Part shown: one piece after another, positions 17,361 through 26,263 of the stretch
Layout of the letters: the number at the start of each line of letters is the position of its first letter
Numbering within the stretch: position 1 is the first letter of the stretch
Translations under genes and position numbers: made by a program
Origin: an uncultured Desulfurococcaceae archaeon
GTDB lineage: Archaea > Thermoproteota > Thermoprotei_A > Sulfolobales > NBVN01
NCBI GenBank assembly: GCA_964417765.1
Contig: CAYQIX010000002.1
Coordinates: 1 to 45,209, forward strand
Length of the DNA stretch: 45,209 nucleotides
Reading direction: 5' to 3'
The notes under the pieces: generated by a model
The model's input: only the letters and a program-made list of their open reading frames with translations
The model's database searches: none
Told to the model about the DNA's origin: nothing

Positions 17361-18688
17361 AAGTGCACCCTCAGACCCTCGCCCTCAAACATAGCCATCG
17401 CAGCAGACCTTAGTGCGTTAACGAACTCCCTATACCTCTCATGAACGTAGACTCTGAAGAAAGCTAGCTCCTTAGGCATCAAGCCAGCCACCGTGACCCT
17501 TATTGGGTGTGCATCAACAGAGCCGTCAGGCTTCAAGAGCCTCAGCTCAGCTTCCTCGAACATAGGGTTTGTAGGGAGCTTCGGCGTATCCACGAATACC
17601 GCGTCATCACCTACCCCACTACCCGCTAACTCAGCTAGCTTCTCCCTAAACATCAACTCGATAACACCCCTGCTGAACCTCATGAATGCTGACACATGGC
17701 CCTCCAGCGGCTGAAGTAGCTCATATACTACCTTGTAGGGGACAACCCTATTCAGAAGGTACTTTACCTCCTCAAGCTCCCTAACCTTCGGGTGTGAGAG
17801 TACATACTCGTCATCAAGCACTAAGTATTTATTCACATCATCTACTGCCTCACGTATGTTAAGAGCGTCCTCAGCCTTAATCATCAGCGTCCCGGCTACC
17901 TTATCAAACGCCCTCACCGTCTTGTGGAAGTACACTGTCTTAAACATGAATAGCCTAGCAATGAGGAGGTGGTCAAGAACATCCTTAGCTTTGTATTCAA
18001 GTACTAGCTTATCGTCTAGGATTACCGAGTGGTAGGCGAGCCTCTCCCAGTCAAGCCCTAGCCCGTAGTTAGCTCCAGTAAAGAGCGAGTCCCTCAGTAA
18101 GTAGTCAACTATATCTGCACTATACGGCCCTCTAATTATGTAGTATAGAGATCTCTCGCTGACACCGCTGCCCACACTAGATGTTAGTGGCCACGCCTCA
18201 GGTGTTGGGGCTTCAACAAGTTTACCCATGACATCAGCGCTAATCCCTAGCTCCTTCTCAATGCATTTCTCAAAGCACTTGCTCAGCTCTGGTGTCTCCC
18301 TGATGATCCTGCCTCCTAATATTTCGTGATTGACGCCGTACTTCGTCAGTACGTGGTCCTCGAAAGTGTGCGAGAAGGGACCGTGGCCTATATCGTGGAG
18401 TAGCCCGAGCAATCTAGCAACCAGGTAGAGCCTCTCCTTCTCTGACCTCTCAATATCTAGCTTAGAGTATAGGTGGTCGGCAAATACTCCAGCAACGTAC
18501 ATCACACCTAGTGAGTGGGAGAACCTCGTGTGCACTGCCCCAGGGTAGACGTAGTGTGCAGCAGGAAGTTGCTTAATTCTCCTCAACCTCTGGAAGGCAG
18601 GTGTGTCAACAACGCACTTTTCATGCTCAAATACCTTAATGTATCCGTGCACTGGATCCTTAATTAGTACGTAGTTCCTCAAACTCAC
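17357..18688 (-). CDS. HD-domain phosphohydrolase (SAMHD1/dNTPase-like)
   Basis: DPVHGYI...FQRLRRIKQL..VYPGAVHTRFSHSLGV and LLHDIGHGPFSH. Its stop overlaps the mvk stop by 4 nt (convergent). Confidence 0.85.
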   Translation of the reverse strand: MSLRNYVLIKDPVHGYIKVFEHEKCVVDTPAFQRLRRIKQLPAAHYVYPGAVHTRFSHSLGVMYVAGVFADHLYSKLDIERSEKERLYLVARLLGLLHDIGHGPFSHTFEDHVLTKYGVNHEILGGRIIRETPELSKCFEKCIEKELGISADVMGKLVEAPTPEAWPLTSSVGSGVSERSLYYIIRGPYSADIVDYLLRDSLFTGANYGLGLDWERLAYHSVILDDKLVLEYKAKDVLDHLLIARLFMFKTVYFHKTVRAFDKVAGTLMIKAEDALNIREAVDDVNKYLVLDDEYVLSHPKVRELEEVKYLLNRVVPYKVVYELLQPLEGHVSAFMRFSRGVIELMFREKLAELAGSGVGDDAVFVDTPKLPTNPMFEEAELRLLKPDGSVDAHPIRVTVAGLMPKELAFFRVYVHERYREFVNALRSAAMAMFEGEGLRVHF

Positions 18689-18749
18689 CGCCTAAGAATA
18701 TTACTCAAGCACTCTATAATGCTTACCTGCTACATTCTTTTCTGTGTCG

Positions 18750-20465
18750 CTACTTGAGAAGCATTATTGTCGGCGCTAAATTCATTAACACTACGAGCAC
18801 TGGAAGGACCCTCTCAGCCAGGCTGCCTAGCTTCTCGAGGCCCTTAGCCATATTGAATATGCTGTAGCCTACGTACTTAACATTCTTAACTACCGCCTCC
18901 AGCGTGCTGTAGTACGCCTTTAACTCGTTGCTGACTGCCTCCTTAACCGCTTCGAGAACTGCCTTAGTAACTCCGTTATTCTCTCTGACTATGTCGTAAG
19001 GTGTCTCAGTCAGTGATGCAGCACAGCTGTGATCATCCGGGGTCACGATTTCGACATCAACAAAACCTAACTTCCTAACCATTTCCTCCAACTTCATCCT
19101 GTACTTGCCGTCCATGTTGTTGCCGTATATGTAGACTAAAGCATACCTCTTACCGTTAAAGTTCAAGGTGAGGGCCTTAACAACATTGTGACACACTCCA
19201 GTACACACACTATCAATGAGGGTCTCGCCATACCCGACCATGAAGTCGCTGCCTTCCTCGCACCTGTAGTTCCTCACCACTTCATCAATCACTTCCTTAA
19301 GCTCCCTCAGATCCGTTACTTTATCACCCTTGTAGGAGTGTGAATCAACTACAGCAACCATAAGCAGATCGCTGAACTTCGACTCCAGGTAGTCCCATAA
19401 CTCGTGGGGGAGGTCATCACTTCCCTTCTCGACGTTAACGAGGAATACTACAACTGATGTAGGTCCCCTAAGCACATACGCGCTCCAGCCCCTCACTTTA
19501 ATCCTTAGCGGCTCACACATCTTGAGCTGAGCGAGGGTTGAGTAGTAGTTGTTAATTAGTACGTTAAGCTTCTTAGCAAGCTCCACAGAGTCTTCAGAGC
19601 TTACGAGGTTGTGCTCATGTGAGCCAGCTGTGTGGAATACGAAGCTCTTCACGTAGACTCCAAGCGCCTCTTCTAGGTGGTATATGAATCTCGAAGACCC
19701 TATATTCCTGAATGGACCGAAGTGTAGTGTCGGAAAGATAAGTACTATTGGCTCGCCTCCAACCCTGTTGAAAATTAGTATCTTAGCCCTCATGTCCTCG
19801 ACCTTGCTGTACTTACTAAATGCTTCCTCGAGCTTAACAGGGTTGCCCGTAAACCAGGTCTTAATGAATGCCCTAGCTATGGTTATTGGTGAGTAGCCTA
19901 GGTTTCTCCCTTTAAACTCAACTAACCCTAGAAAGAACGCACCTAACCCGACAGAGATCGCTGTAGTCATTAAGGCATAGATAAGTATGTGGGGCATCAC
20001 GAACTCACCTAGCAGGTCATTAACTGTCTTGAACGCAAGCAGTGGTAGGGCTACTGATGATGTGAGAGCTATTAGTGGGTGACAGAAGGCCATTAAAGCT
20101 ATGAATGTGAAGCCAGAGCTAGCTAGCAGCCCAACACCCTTAAGTGAGAGCAACCTATAGAAGACAACCTCAGCTGGGAGAGCAACAAGAAACATTGCTG
20201 TAGCTATACCTAAGGTCCTCTTAAGCGTCAGCGTCTTAGCTACAGCTAGCGGCGAGTACATCAGCGCCAGAACAACACCAAGTATTAGGTACTGAGTGAA
20301 GCTAACTAGGAACCTACTTAAGCTTAAAGGTGGCACAGAGTTAATTAAGGCTACAATAGCTAAGAGGACTATGTAGCCTAGGACAAGTACAGGAGCCCTC
20401 GGCAGCAGGAACAGCCTACTGTAGTACTTCCTAGTGATGCTCTCTACTTCCATTCCTGCCCGCAA
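18750..20465 (-). CDS. Large membrane protein with C-terminal soluble domain (DUF2070-like)
   Basis: About 7 N-terminal TM helices, then a soluble half carrying His/Asp-rich motifs HTAGSHEHN, VVDSHSY and TPDDHSC. Size and architecture resemble archaeal DUF2070, recalled from memory and not searched. Confidence 0.55.
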   Translation of the reverse strand: MRAGMEVESITRKYYSRLFLLPRAPVLVLGYIVLLAIVALINSVPPLSLSRFLVSFTQYLILGVVLALMYSPLAVAKTLTLKRTLGIATAMFLVALPAEVVFYRLLSLKGVGLLASSGFTFIALMAFCHPLIALTSSVALPLLAFKTVNDLLGEFVMPHILIYALMTTAISVGLGAFFLGLVEFKGRNLGYSPITIARAFIKTWFTGNPVKLEEAFSKYSKVEDMRAKILIFNRVGGEPIVLIFPTLHFGPFRNIGSSRFIYHLEEALGVYVKSFVFHTAGSHEHNLVSSEDSVELAKKLNVLINNYYSTLAQLKMCEPLRIKVRGWSAYVLRGPTSVVVFLVNVEKGSDDLPHELWDYLESKFSDLLMVAVVDSHSYKGDKVTDLRELKEVIDEVVRNYRCEEGSDFMVGYGETLIDSVCTGVCHNVVKALTLNFNGKRYALVYIYGNNMDGKYRMKLEEMVRKLGFVDVEIVTPDDHSCAASLTETPYDIVRENNGVTKAVLEAVKEAVSNELKAYYSTLEAVVKNVKYVGYSIFNMAKGLEKLGSLAERVLPVLVVLMNLAPTIMLLK

Positions 20466-20526
20466 ATCCTAGGAGTAAAACAGCATTAAAAACCCTTACC
20501 TGACTTCATAACTAATTAAGAGTGCA

Positions 20527-21843
20527 TTATGACATCCTGCGTTTCTGCCTGCTCCTCAGCCTATTAAGGAGTAGCTTTAGCGCATCCCTAATAACTTCAT
20601 CAACTACCCTAGCACTGCCTGCGAGCTCCAGTACTTCATTTAGTAGCTCAGCAGTCTCCCTACTAAGCTCAATGACTGTCCTCTCAGGCTGCTTAGCATA
20701 TTTGAGGAGCTCCTCAGCCAGTCTCTCAAGCTCACTTGAATTAAACCCTACACCATCTACTACATATATACCCTCACCTTCTAGGTGCTTCCTGACGTCC
20801 TCAGGCACCTTAGCACGTGAGACTAAGTACATCCTGTCTGGCTTGTAAAAGTTCTTATAGAGCGTCACTAGCTGGTACTCCTTAAGTCTCAGCCCTTTCT
20901 TCTCACTAATTACCTCAGTGACCTCGGCCTTCTTAACACCTAGTGCGTCGGCCAGCCCCACCCAGAGGCCCTCAATCCACTTAGCCCTCCACTCTTCAGC
21001 AGTCAGCGGCTTAGCTAGCGGACCCCTTATATCCCTGCTCCTCAAGTACCAGTCTTCAAGCTCCTTACACTCAATAATTACGTTAGGTCTGAGCACTGGT
21101 GGTTCTGACTCAGGCTCTAGAATGTTAAGAACCATGCCACCGTAGACCATGAAGTCAGGCCTCAGCGCTGTGTAGAGCCTCCAAGCCCTGCTTAGGTCTG
21201 ACGTGTCCTCCCACCCGATCGGTCTAGGTGCCTCAACAAAGAAGCTCAAGCACCCTCTGCCCTTCACCTCAACGACTGCGTTAGGCGGTATCGTGCCTGT
21301 CCTCTGCTTTCCCGACCTATCCAAGGGTAGGTAGCGATGCTCAGGGTAGACTAGCCTACCACCTAACTTGCCTAGCGCAGAGAGCACCTCAAGCAATACC
21401 CACGACTGATACGCTGACCTCAGGTTAGTCCTATATGAGGTCCTTATAGCTGCTGACGCAGTCCTCATGTAGTCAGCTAAGCCTAACTTACCCCTCACTA
21501 AGTCGTGGGTATAGATGAATATTTTCTTCCTTAAGTGCGCCCTCGGGTCCTCAATAAATGACCTTAACTCCTTACTGAACGTAACTCCCTTAATACCTAA
21601 GTACTTAATACAGTTACTAACAGATGCCTGCAGTACCTCAACCCACTCGTAGGCCTCAGACAGCTGCTCAGGCGTCAGCACGTAATCTATGAACACCTCC
21701 TTAAACCTGCTCAGCAGCTCATTAAACTTCGCCTTAAGGTCTGAGCTAAACCTAAACTTCCTCTCAGGGTCATACTTCTTAATGAATTCCTCAATAGAGG
21801 TGTAGAGCTCTATGACTAGGTTGCCAACCTCCTCATTAACCAT
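20527..21843 (-). CDS. Hypothetical PD-(D/E)XK nuclease-like protein with C-terminal ribbon-helix-helix tail
   Basis: Core motif RPDFMVYGG ... NVIIECKE (D...ExK), preceded by the helix WVLLEVLSAL. The C-terminus RTVIELSRETAELLNEVLELAGSARVVDEVIRDALKLLLNRL fits a beta-alpha-alpha RHH/CopG pattern. Confidence 0.6.
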   Translation of the reverse strand: MVNEEVGNLVIELYTSIEEFIKKYDPERKFRFSSDLKAKFNELLSRFKEVFIDYVLTPEQLSEAYEWVEVLQASVSNCIKYLGIKGVTFSKELRSFIEDPRAHLRKKIFIYTHDLVRGKLGLADYMRTASAAIRTSYRTNLRSAYQSWVLLEVLSALGKLGGRLVYPEHRYLPLDRSGKQRTGTIPPNAVVEVKGRGCLSFFVEAPRPIGWEDTSDLSRAWRLYTALRPDFMVYGGMVLNILEPESEPPVLRPNVIIECKELEDWYLRSRDIRGPLAKPLTAEEWRAKWIEGLWVGLADALGVKKAEVTEVISEKKGLRLKEYQLVTLYKNFYKPDRMYLVSRAKVPEDVRKHLEGEGIYVVDGVGFNSSELERLAEELLKYAKQPERTVIELSRETAELLNEVLELAGSARVVDEVIRDALKLLLNRLRSRQKRRMS

Positions 21844-21893
21844 AGAGACACCAGCCCTAAGTAATACTCAGCGTATAGGGCCTTAAGGTATTT

Positions 21894-21964
21894 TCCTTGA
21901 AACTGTTTCACAGCCTAAGAGCGATTTGCTCCATTATTTATTAGTAACTCCTTGAAACTGTTTC
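21894..21964. promoter_or_regulatory. Two identical 16-mers TCCTTGAAACTGTTTC (palindromic core GAAAC-T-GTTTC) offset by 55 nt; candidate operator pair
   Basis: Copies at 21894..21909 and 21949..21964. The second lies between the TATA-like ATTATTTATTA (21933..21943) and the bioY TTG start (21977). Confidence 0.5.
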
Positions 21965-21976
21965 GGGATCAGCAAG

Positions 21977-22621
21977 TTGAGTAAGGACATAGTTAAGTTA
22001 GTGCTCACGTCATTCATGACCGCCCTAACTGCTGTACTAGCTCAAGTTAAGTTTAACTTAGGTCCAGTACCCTACACAATGCAGAATATGGCTGTTATGC
22101 TGACTGGGCTGCTTCTCCCCCCGAAGTACGCTGCTGCCTCACTAGCCCTATACCTACTGCTGATAGCTCTGGGGCTACCGCTCGCATCAGGCTTCGCCGG
22201 CGGCTTAGCAGTACTACTCGGGTTCTGTGGGGGGTACTTAGCTGGATTCGTCATAGCTGCTCCACTAATGTCTATCTTAAGTAGAGCCTACCTGAGGCGG
22301 AGGGGGATAGACCTTAGCAGTATAAAGGGCAGGGACGTAGCTGTACTGCTGCTTCTATCCTTAATCTCAGCCCTACCTATCTACGTACTCGGCTTCCTTG
22401 TCTTCTCCTACTACGCAGCACCGAATACAGAGATTTACTCATGGTCACTGAGCGTAGGTAACTGGCTGGGGGTGAGCCCTACATCGAGGTTCCTGCTTCT
22501 CTTCACTGTGTCTGTGCTGATATTTATCCCTCAAGACTTATTCATGGATCACCTATTAGCTATTGCTGTAGCTAGAGGGATAGCTAAGGTGCTTAAGGCT
22601 AGGGGGTTAAGTATTGACTAA
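21977..22621 (+). CDS. bioY: Biotin ECF-transporter S component BioY
   Basis: Six-TM protein with BioY-like blocks (VPYTMQNMAVMLTGLLL, GLPLASGFAGGLAVLLGFCGGYLAGFVIAAPL). First gene of an operon ending in birA. TTG start. Confidence 0.8.
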   Translation: MSKDIVKLVLTSFMTALTAVLAQVKFNLGPVPYTMQNMAVMLTGLLLPPKYAAASLALYLLLIALGLPLASGFAGGLAVLLGFCGGYLAGFVIAAPLMSILSRAYLRRRGIDLSSIKGRDVAVLLLLSLISALPIYVLGFLVFSYYAAPNTEIYSWSLSVGNWLGVSPTSRFLLLFTVSVLIFIPQDLFMDHLLAIAVARGIAKVLKARGLSID

Positions 22622-23912
22622 GGCAATAGAGGTTAGGGACCTCAGCGTAGTAGTAGGTAGTAGGGAGGTACTAGCTAATGTTAGCCTAGAGGTAGGTTCG
22701 GGCGAGGTAATAGGCATCACAGGGCCTACTGGCAGCGGTAAGTCCACGCTACTCAAGGTTATTGCGGGCATCATACCCAAGCTATACTCATCATTTAAAG
22801 TTTCAGGCAGCGTGAGCGTCTGCGGGCTAAGTCCTTTAGATGCTGTGCGTAGGGGATTAGTAGCTTACGTACCTCAAGACCCCTCATCATACTTCATCGG
22901 CTCAACAGTAGCTGAGGAACTGCTTTTCGTTCGCGACTTGAGTAGCCTGCGGAGGTACGGCATCATAGATGATGTACTAAGCGATCCCTCGAGGAAGATC
23001 CACGAGCTATCTGACGGGCAGCTCTACAAGCTACTAGTTGCTGCTGCAGTAGGCTCAGGTACTAAGGTGCTCCTGCTTGATGAGCCTACGTCCCATGTAG
23101 ACCCGTGGAGCTTAGAGAACGTCCTAAAACTGCTGAGGGAGTATTGCGTGAAGTTCCGTGCCTCAGCTATTATCGTAGATCATAGGATTGAGCTAATCAA
23201 GGACTACGTGAACTTCACCTTAGAACTTAAGAGCGAGCATCAAGGTAGTGCATATATTGGAGTAGGGGGCAGAAGCACTATAGGGGATGATGTACTGATT
23301 AGTGCTAGGGGACTGCGTTTTACCTACGATGGCGGCTACTTCGTGCTTAATGGTGTAGGCCTTGAAGTTCACTCTGGTGAGTCAGTAGCTATTATTGGAA
23401 GGAATGGAGCTGGTAAGACAACACTAATTAAGCTACTGGCTAAGCTACTTAAGCCTACTGAAGGCGTTGTAACTACTGCTGGACCTGTATTTATAGTACC
23501 TCAGACACCTGCCTACTGGTTCTCTAGGGACACCGTGAGGGATGAGGTGTCATTCTACGCTAACGCATGGGGGTTTAAGGGAGATGTGGATGAAGTAATT
23601 GAGATGTTCCGCCTAGGTGATGTGAGCAACTTAAGCCCCTACTCCTTAAGTATAGGTGAGGCTAGGAGGTTGTCGCTGGCTTTAGCCTATGTATCGGGCG
23701 CTAAGGTGCTGTTACTCGACGAACCTACCTTAGGCATTGATAGCGCATCTAAGGAACTATTGATTAGGCTAATCCACAGCTTCCTCAGCCAGGGATCTGC
23801 TGTTATTGCGTCAACGCACGATATCGACTTAGTCAGGTACTTCAGCAGGGTCTACCTCCTCAAGGATGGGGTCCTGGAGGCTATACGCGGTGGCTCTGCA
23901 GTGGTGGCTTAG
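22614..23912 (+). CDS. ecfA: ECF-transporter ATPase, fused duplicated ABC domains (EcfA-EcfA')
   Basis: Two Walker A motifs (GPTGSGKST, GRNGAGKTT), two signature-like motifs (LSDGQ, LSIGE) and two Walker B motifs (LLLDEPT twice). Overlaps the bioY stop. Confidence 0.85.
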   Translation: MTKAIEVRDLSVVVGSREVLANVSLEVGSGEVIGITGPTGSGKSTLLKVIAGIIPKLYSSFKVSGSVSVCGLSPLDAVRRGLVAYVPQDPSSYFIGSTVAEELLFVRDLSSLRRYGIIDDVLSDPSRKIHELSDGQLYKLLVAAAVGSGTKVLLLDEPTSHVDPWSLENVLKLLREYCVKFRASAIIVDHRIELIKDYVNFTLELKSEHQGSAYIGVGGRSTIGDDVLISARGLRFTYDGGYFVLNGVGLEVHSGESVAIIGRNGAGKTTLIKLLAKLLKPTEGVVTTAGPVFIVPQTPAYWFSRDTVRDEVSFYANAWGFKGDVDEVIEMFRLGDVSNLSPYSLSIGEARRLSLALAYVSGAKVLLLDEPTLGIDSASKELLIRLIHSFLSQGSAVIASTHDIDLVRYFSRVYLLKDGVLEAIRGGSAVVA

Positions 23913-24543
23913 CGAGGTATTTAGGGTCCTCACGCCAGGTACCTCACGTACTCGGTTAAATCCGCTACTGGTCTTTGCTGCTGCATGCGCAGGGTCGATT
24001 ACCTTACTTCTTGCTCCTCCTGCCGCCCTAGTTGCTGCTCTAGTAGCACTGACCGCCTCTACAGCTGCTGTGAAGGGGGTGAGGGAGGTACTAAGTGCTT
24101 ATGTACTGCTCGCGCCATTTATCGGAGCTTACTCGATTGCTGCACTGATTATGCAGGTAGTCCTGGGCGTCATTGACCCATATACGATAGCTGTTAATTC
24201 CGCGCGCATCATGTCTATAGCTCTGCTAGCTGCTCTGCTCATGTCTATGCTGAGTACTGCTGATCTCGTATCCTTCGTAGGTAGGTACTCGCCGGGTGCT
24301 GCGCTGGGTATAGCACTAGCTATTAAGTCGCTACAGGTAGTAGCTCTAACACTCATGAGGCTATATGAAGTGTATAGCATTAACTTAGGAAATATAGGCA
24401 GCGGTCTTAAGCGCAAGTTAATCCTCACTACGTCCTTAGCTAGAGCTGTAACGTACTTAAGTATAGTGAATGCTTTAGAAGTGTCTGAGGCACTATATAC
24501 TCGGTACTCAGTCCTTACTGAGAGGCTGAGGTCTTGGAGGTAA
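23866..24543 (+). CDS. ecfT: ECF-transporter T component (EcfT/CbiQ family)
   Basis: Polytopic membrane protein directly after the ECF ATPase. N-terminal RTRLNPLLVFAAA resembles the EcfT DPR.K block. The true start may be the GTG at 23890 rather than the ATG at 23866. Confidence 0.65.
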   Translation: MGSWRLYAVALQWWLSEVFRVLTPGTSRTRLNPLLVFAAACAGSITLLLAPPAALVAALVALTASTAAVKGVREVLSAYVLLAPFIGAYSIAALIMQVVLGVIDPYTIAVNSARIMSIALLAALLMSMLSTADLVSFVGRYSPGAALGIALAIKSLQVVALTLMRLYEVYSINLGNIGSGLKRKLILTTSLARAVTYLSIVNALEVSEALYTRYSVLTERLRSWR

Positions 24544-25493
24544 GTGCTAAAGTACTCAAGGTACTGCTGGAGAAGGGAGGCTACGTAAGCGGTAGTGAGC
24601 TAGCTGCTGAGCTAGGTATTTCTAAGCCAACGCTTCACAGGATCATCGAGTACCTGAAGAGGCTCGGCTACGTGATTGAGTCGCACCCAAGGAAGGGCTA
24701 CAGGCTAGTACTTACTGATGACTTAGCTGAGGCAGGCACGTACCTGAGGGACTTAAGCACTAAGCTGAGGTACAGCATACACTACATTAAGTCATGCATC
24801 TCAACTCAAGACATAGCCGAGGCACTAGCTAGGGAAGGTGCTACTGAGGGAACCGTAGTCATTGCTGAGTCAATGACCTCAGGGAGGGGTAGGCTAGGTA
24901 GGAGCTGGCATGCTGGTCAAGGAGGGCTCTGGCTCACAATACTACTGAGGCCGCCAGCACTCATGAACCTCCAGCTACTAAGCTTGTGTGCTGGCGTAGC
25001 TGTTGCTAGAGCAGTTAATGATCTCTATGGTGTTGGTGCTAGGCTGAAGTGGCCTAACGATGTAGTAGTTAATGATAGGAAATTATGCGGGATCTTAATT
25101 GAAGGAAGAGCTGAGGCCGATAAAGTACACTACGTACTAGTTGGTATAGGCATTAACGTAAATAATGAGTTACCTGAGGACTTGAGGACTACCGCAGTAA
25201 CGCTCAGGGACTTAGTAGGGTACCCAATACCTAGGATCCCGCTACTTAAGGCTGTACTAAGGAATTTCGACTACAGCTACAATCTCCTTCTAGGAGGGAA
25301 GCATACTGAAGTAATCGAAATGTGGAAGAAGCTCTCTAATACATTAGGGAGGTACGTTAAGGTAATAGCACCCGATAAAATTATTGAGGGCTACGCTACT
25401 GACGTAACCAGTGATGGCGCTCTAGTGATTGAGACAGCTGAGGGCGAGAGGAAGATTGTTTATTCAGGTGACGTAATTCACTTGAGGTTCTAG
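24534..25493 (+). CDS. birA: Bifunctional biotin-protein ligase / HTH repressor BirA
   Basis: N-terminal wHTH (VSGSELAAELGISKPTLHRIIEYLKRLGYVIES), GRGRLGRSWHA, KWPNDV and a C-terminal SH3-like tail. The TTG start overlaps the ecfT stop. Confidence 0.9.
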   Translation: MEVSAKVLKVLLEKGGYVSGSELAAELGISKPTLHRIIEYLKRLGYVIESHPRKGYRLVLTDDLAEAGTYLRDLSTKLRYSIHYIKSCISTQDIAEALAREGATEGTVVIAESMTSGRGRLGRSWHAGQGGLWLTILLRPPALMNLQLLSLCAGVAVARAVNDLYGVGARLKWPNDVVVNDRKLCGILIEGRAEADKVHYVLVGIGINVNNELPEDLRTTAVTLRDLVGYPIPRIPLLKAVLRNFDYSYNLLLGGKHTEVIEMWKKLSNTLGRYVKVIAPDKIIEGYATDVTSDGALVIETAEGERKIVYSGDVIHLRF

Positions 25494-25549
25494 TGCTTGC
25501 GAAGTTTTTAGTTCTCTACACTAGACATAAACCGTAGGAGTGGTTAGGC

Positions 25550-26215
25550 TTGAATTACTCACTAAAGAAGTCGCCCAGTATTGCGATGTCTCCTGTACGT
25601 GCTCTCGTAATAGTCAATACGGTAATTTACCTAGCAATCTTCATTTCTGCCTCAGTAATCTACGCAGCAAGCACCGGGGACTTAGGTACTGCAGTACTCT
25701 CCATACTCTTTCCTGACAGGACAGGGCTGCTGGACTACATTAACAACTACTTGCCGCTCATGATGTCAGGTGCCGAGGTATTCCGTGGTGCGGTCTGGGA
25801 AGTGATCACTTCACTCTTTATTCACGCAAACATAATTCACTTAGGCTTCAACATGGTTGCCCTCCTCTACATAGGCACTGCATGCGAGAACTACTTAAGC
25901 AGCAGGAAGGTGCTAGCAGTCTACTTTAGCGGTGGGGTCGCAGGAAATCTTCTTACGTTAGCGCTCATGCCTCCAAACATTTATTCGCTCGGTGCGTCAG
26001 GAGCAATATTCTCTCTACTAGGGGTACTAGCTGTTACTGAATACAGGAGAACTCACCAATTCCTCAGCAGCTTGGGGTGGGCAGTCATTATACTAATAAT
26101 TAGCAGCTTAGGTGTTGCTGGAGCAGTAAATAACCTCGCTCACATAGGAGGACTAGCTACAGGATTAATCATAGGCGCTATCCTCCCGAAGCATAAGATA
26201 CACCATAGCGCTTAA
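25550..26215 (+). CDS. Rhomboid-family intramembrane serine protease
   Basis: HANIIHLGFNM, GASGAIFSLLG (GxSG) and the AHIGG His context. Confidence 0.85.
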   Translation: MNYSLKKSPSIAMSPVRALVIVNTVIYLAIFISASVIYAASTGDLGTAVLSILFPDRTGLLDYINNYLPLMMSGAEVFRGAVWEVITSLFIHANIIHLGFNMVALLYIGTACENYLSSRKVLAVYFSGGVAGNLLTLALMPPNIYSLGASGAIFSLLGVLAVTEYRRTHQFLSSLGWAVIILIISSLGVAGAVNNLAHIGGLATGLIIGAILPKHKIHHSA

Positions 26216-26263
26216 TCCCCAAATTAAAGAAAAATTAATTGCCATCAACAGAATTTCTCATGG

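Noticed and set aside
20522-20848. + strand 108-aa Ser/Leu-rich ORF
   Set aside because: It lies entirely inside and antisense to the 438-aa gene, and its low-complexity composition is not protein-like.
23985-24428. ORFs 23985..24176 (+) and 24129..24428 (-) inside ecfT
   Set aside because: These are alternative or antisense frames within a membrane-protein gene that fits the ECF operon context. They have no motifs and odd composition (Cys/Ser/Arg-rich).
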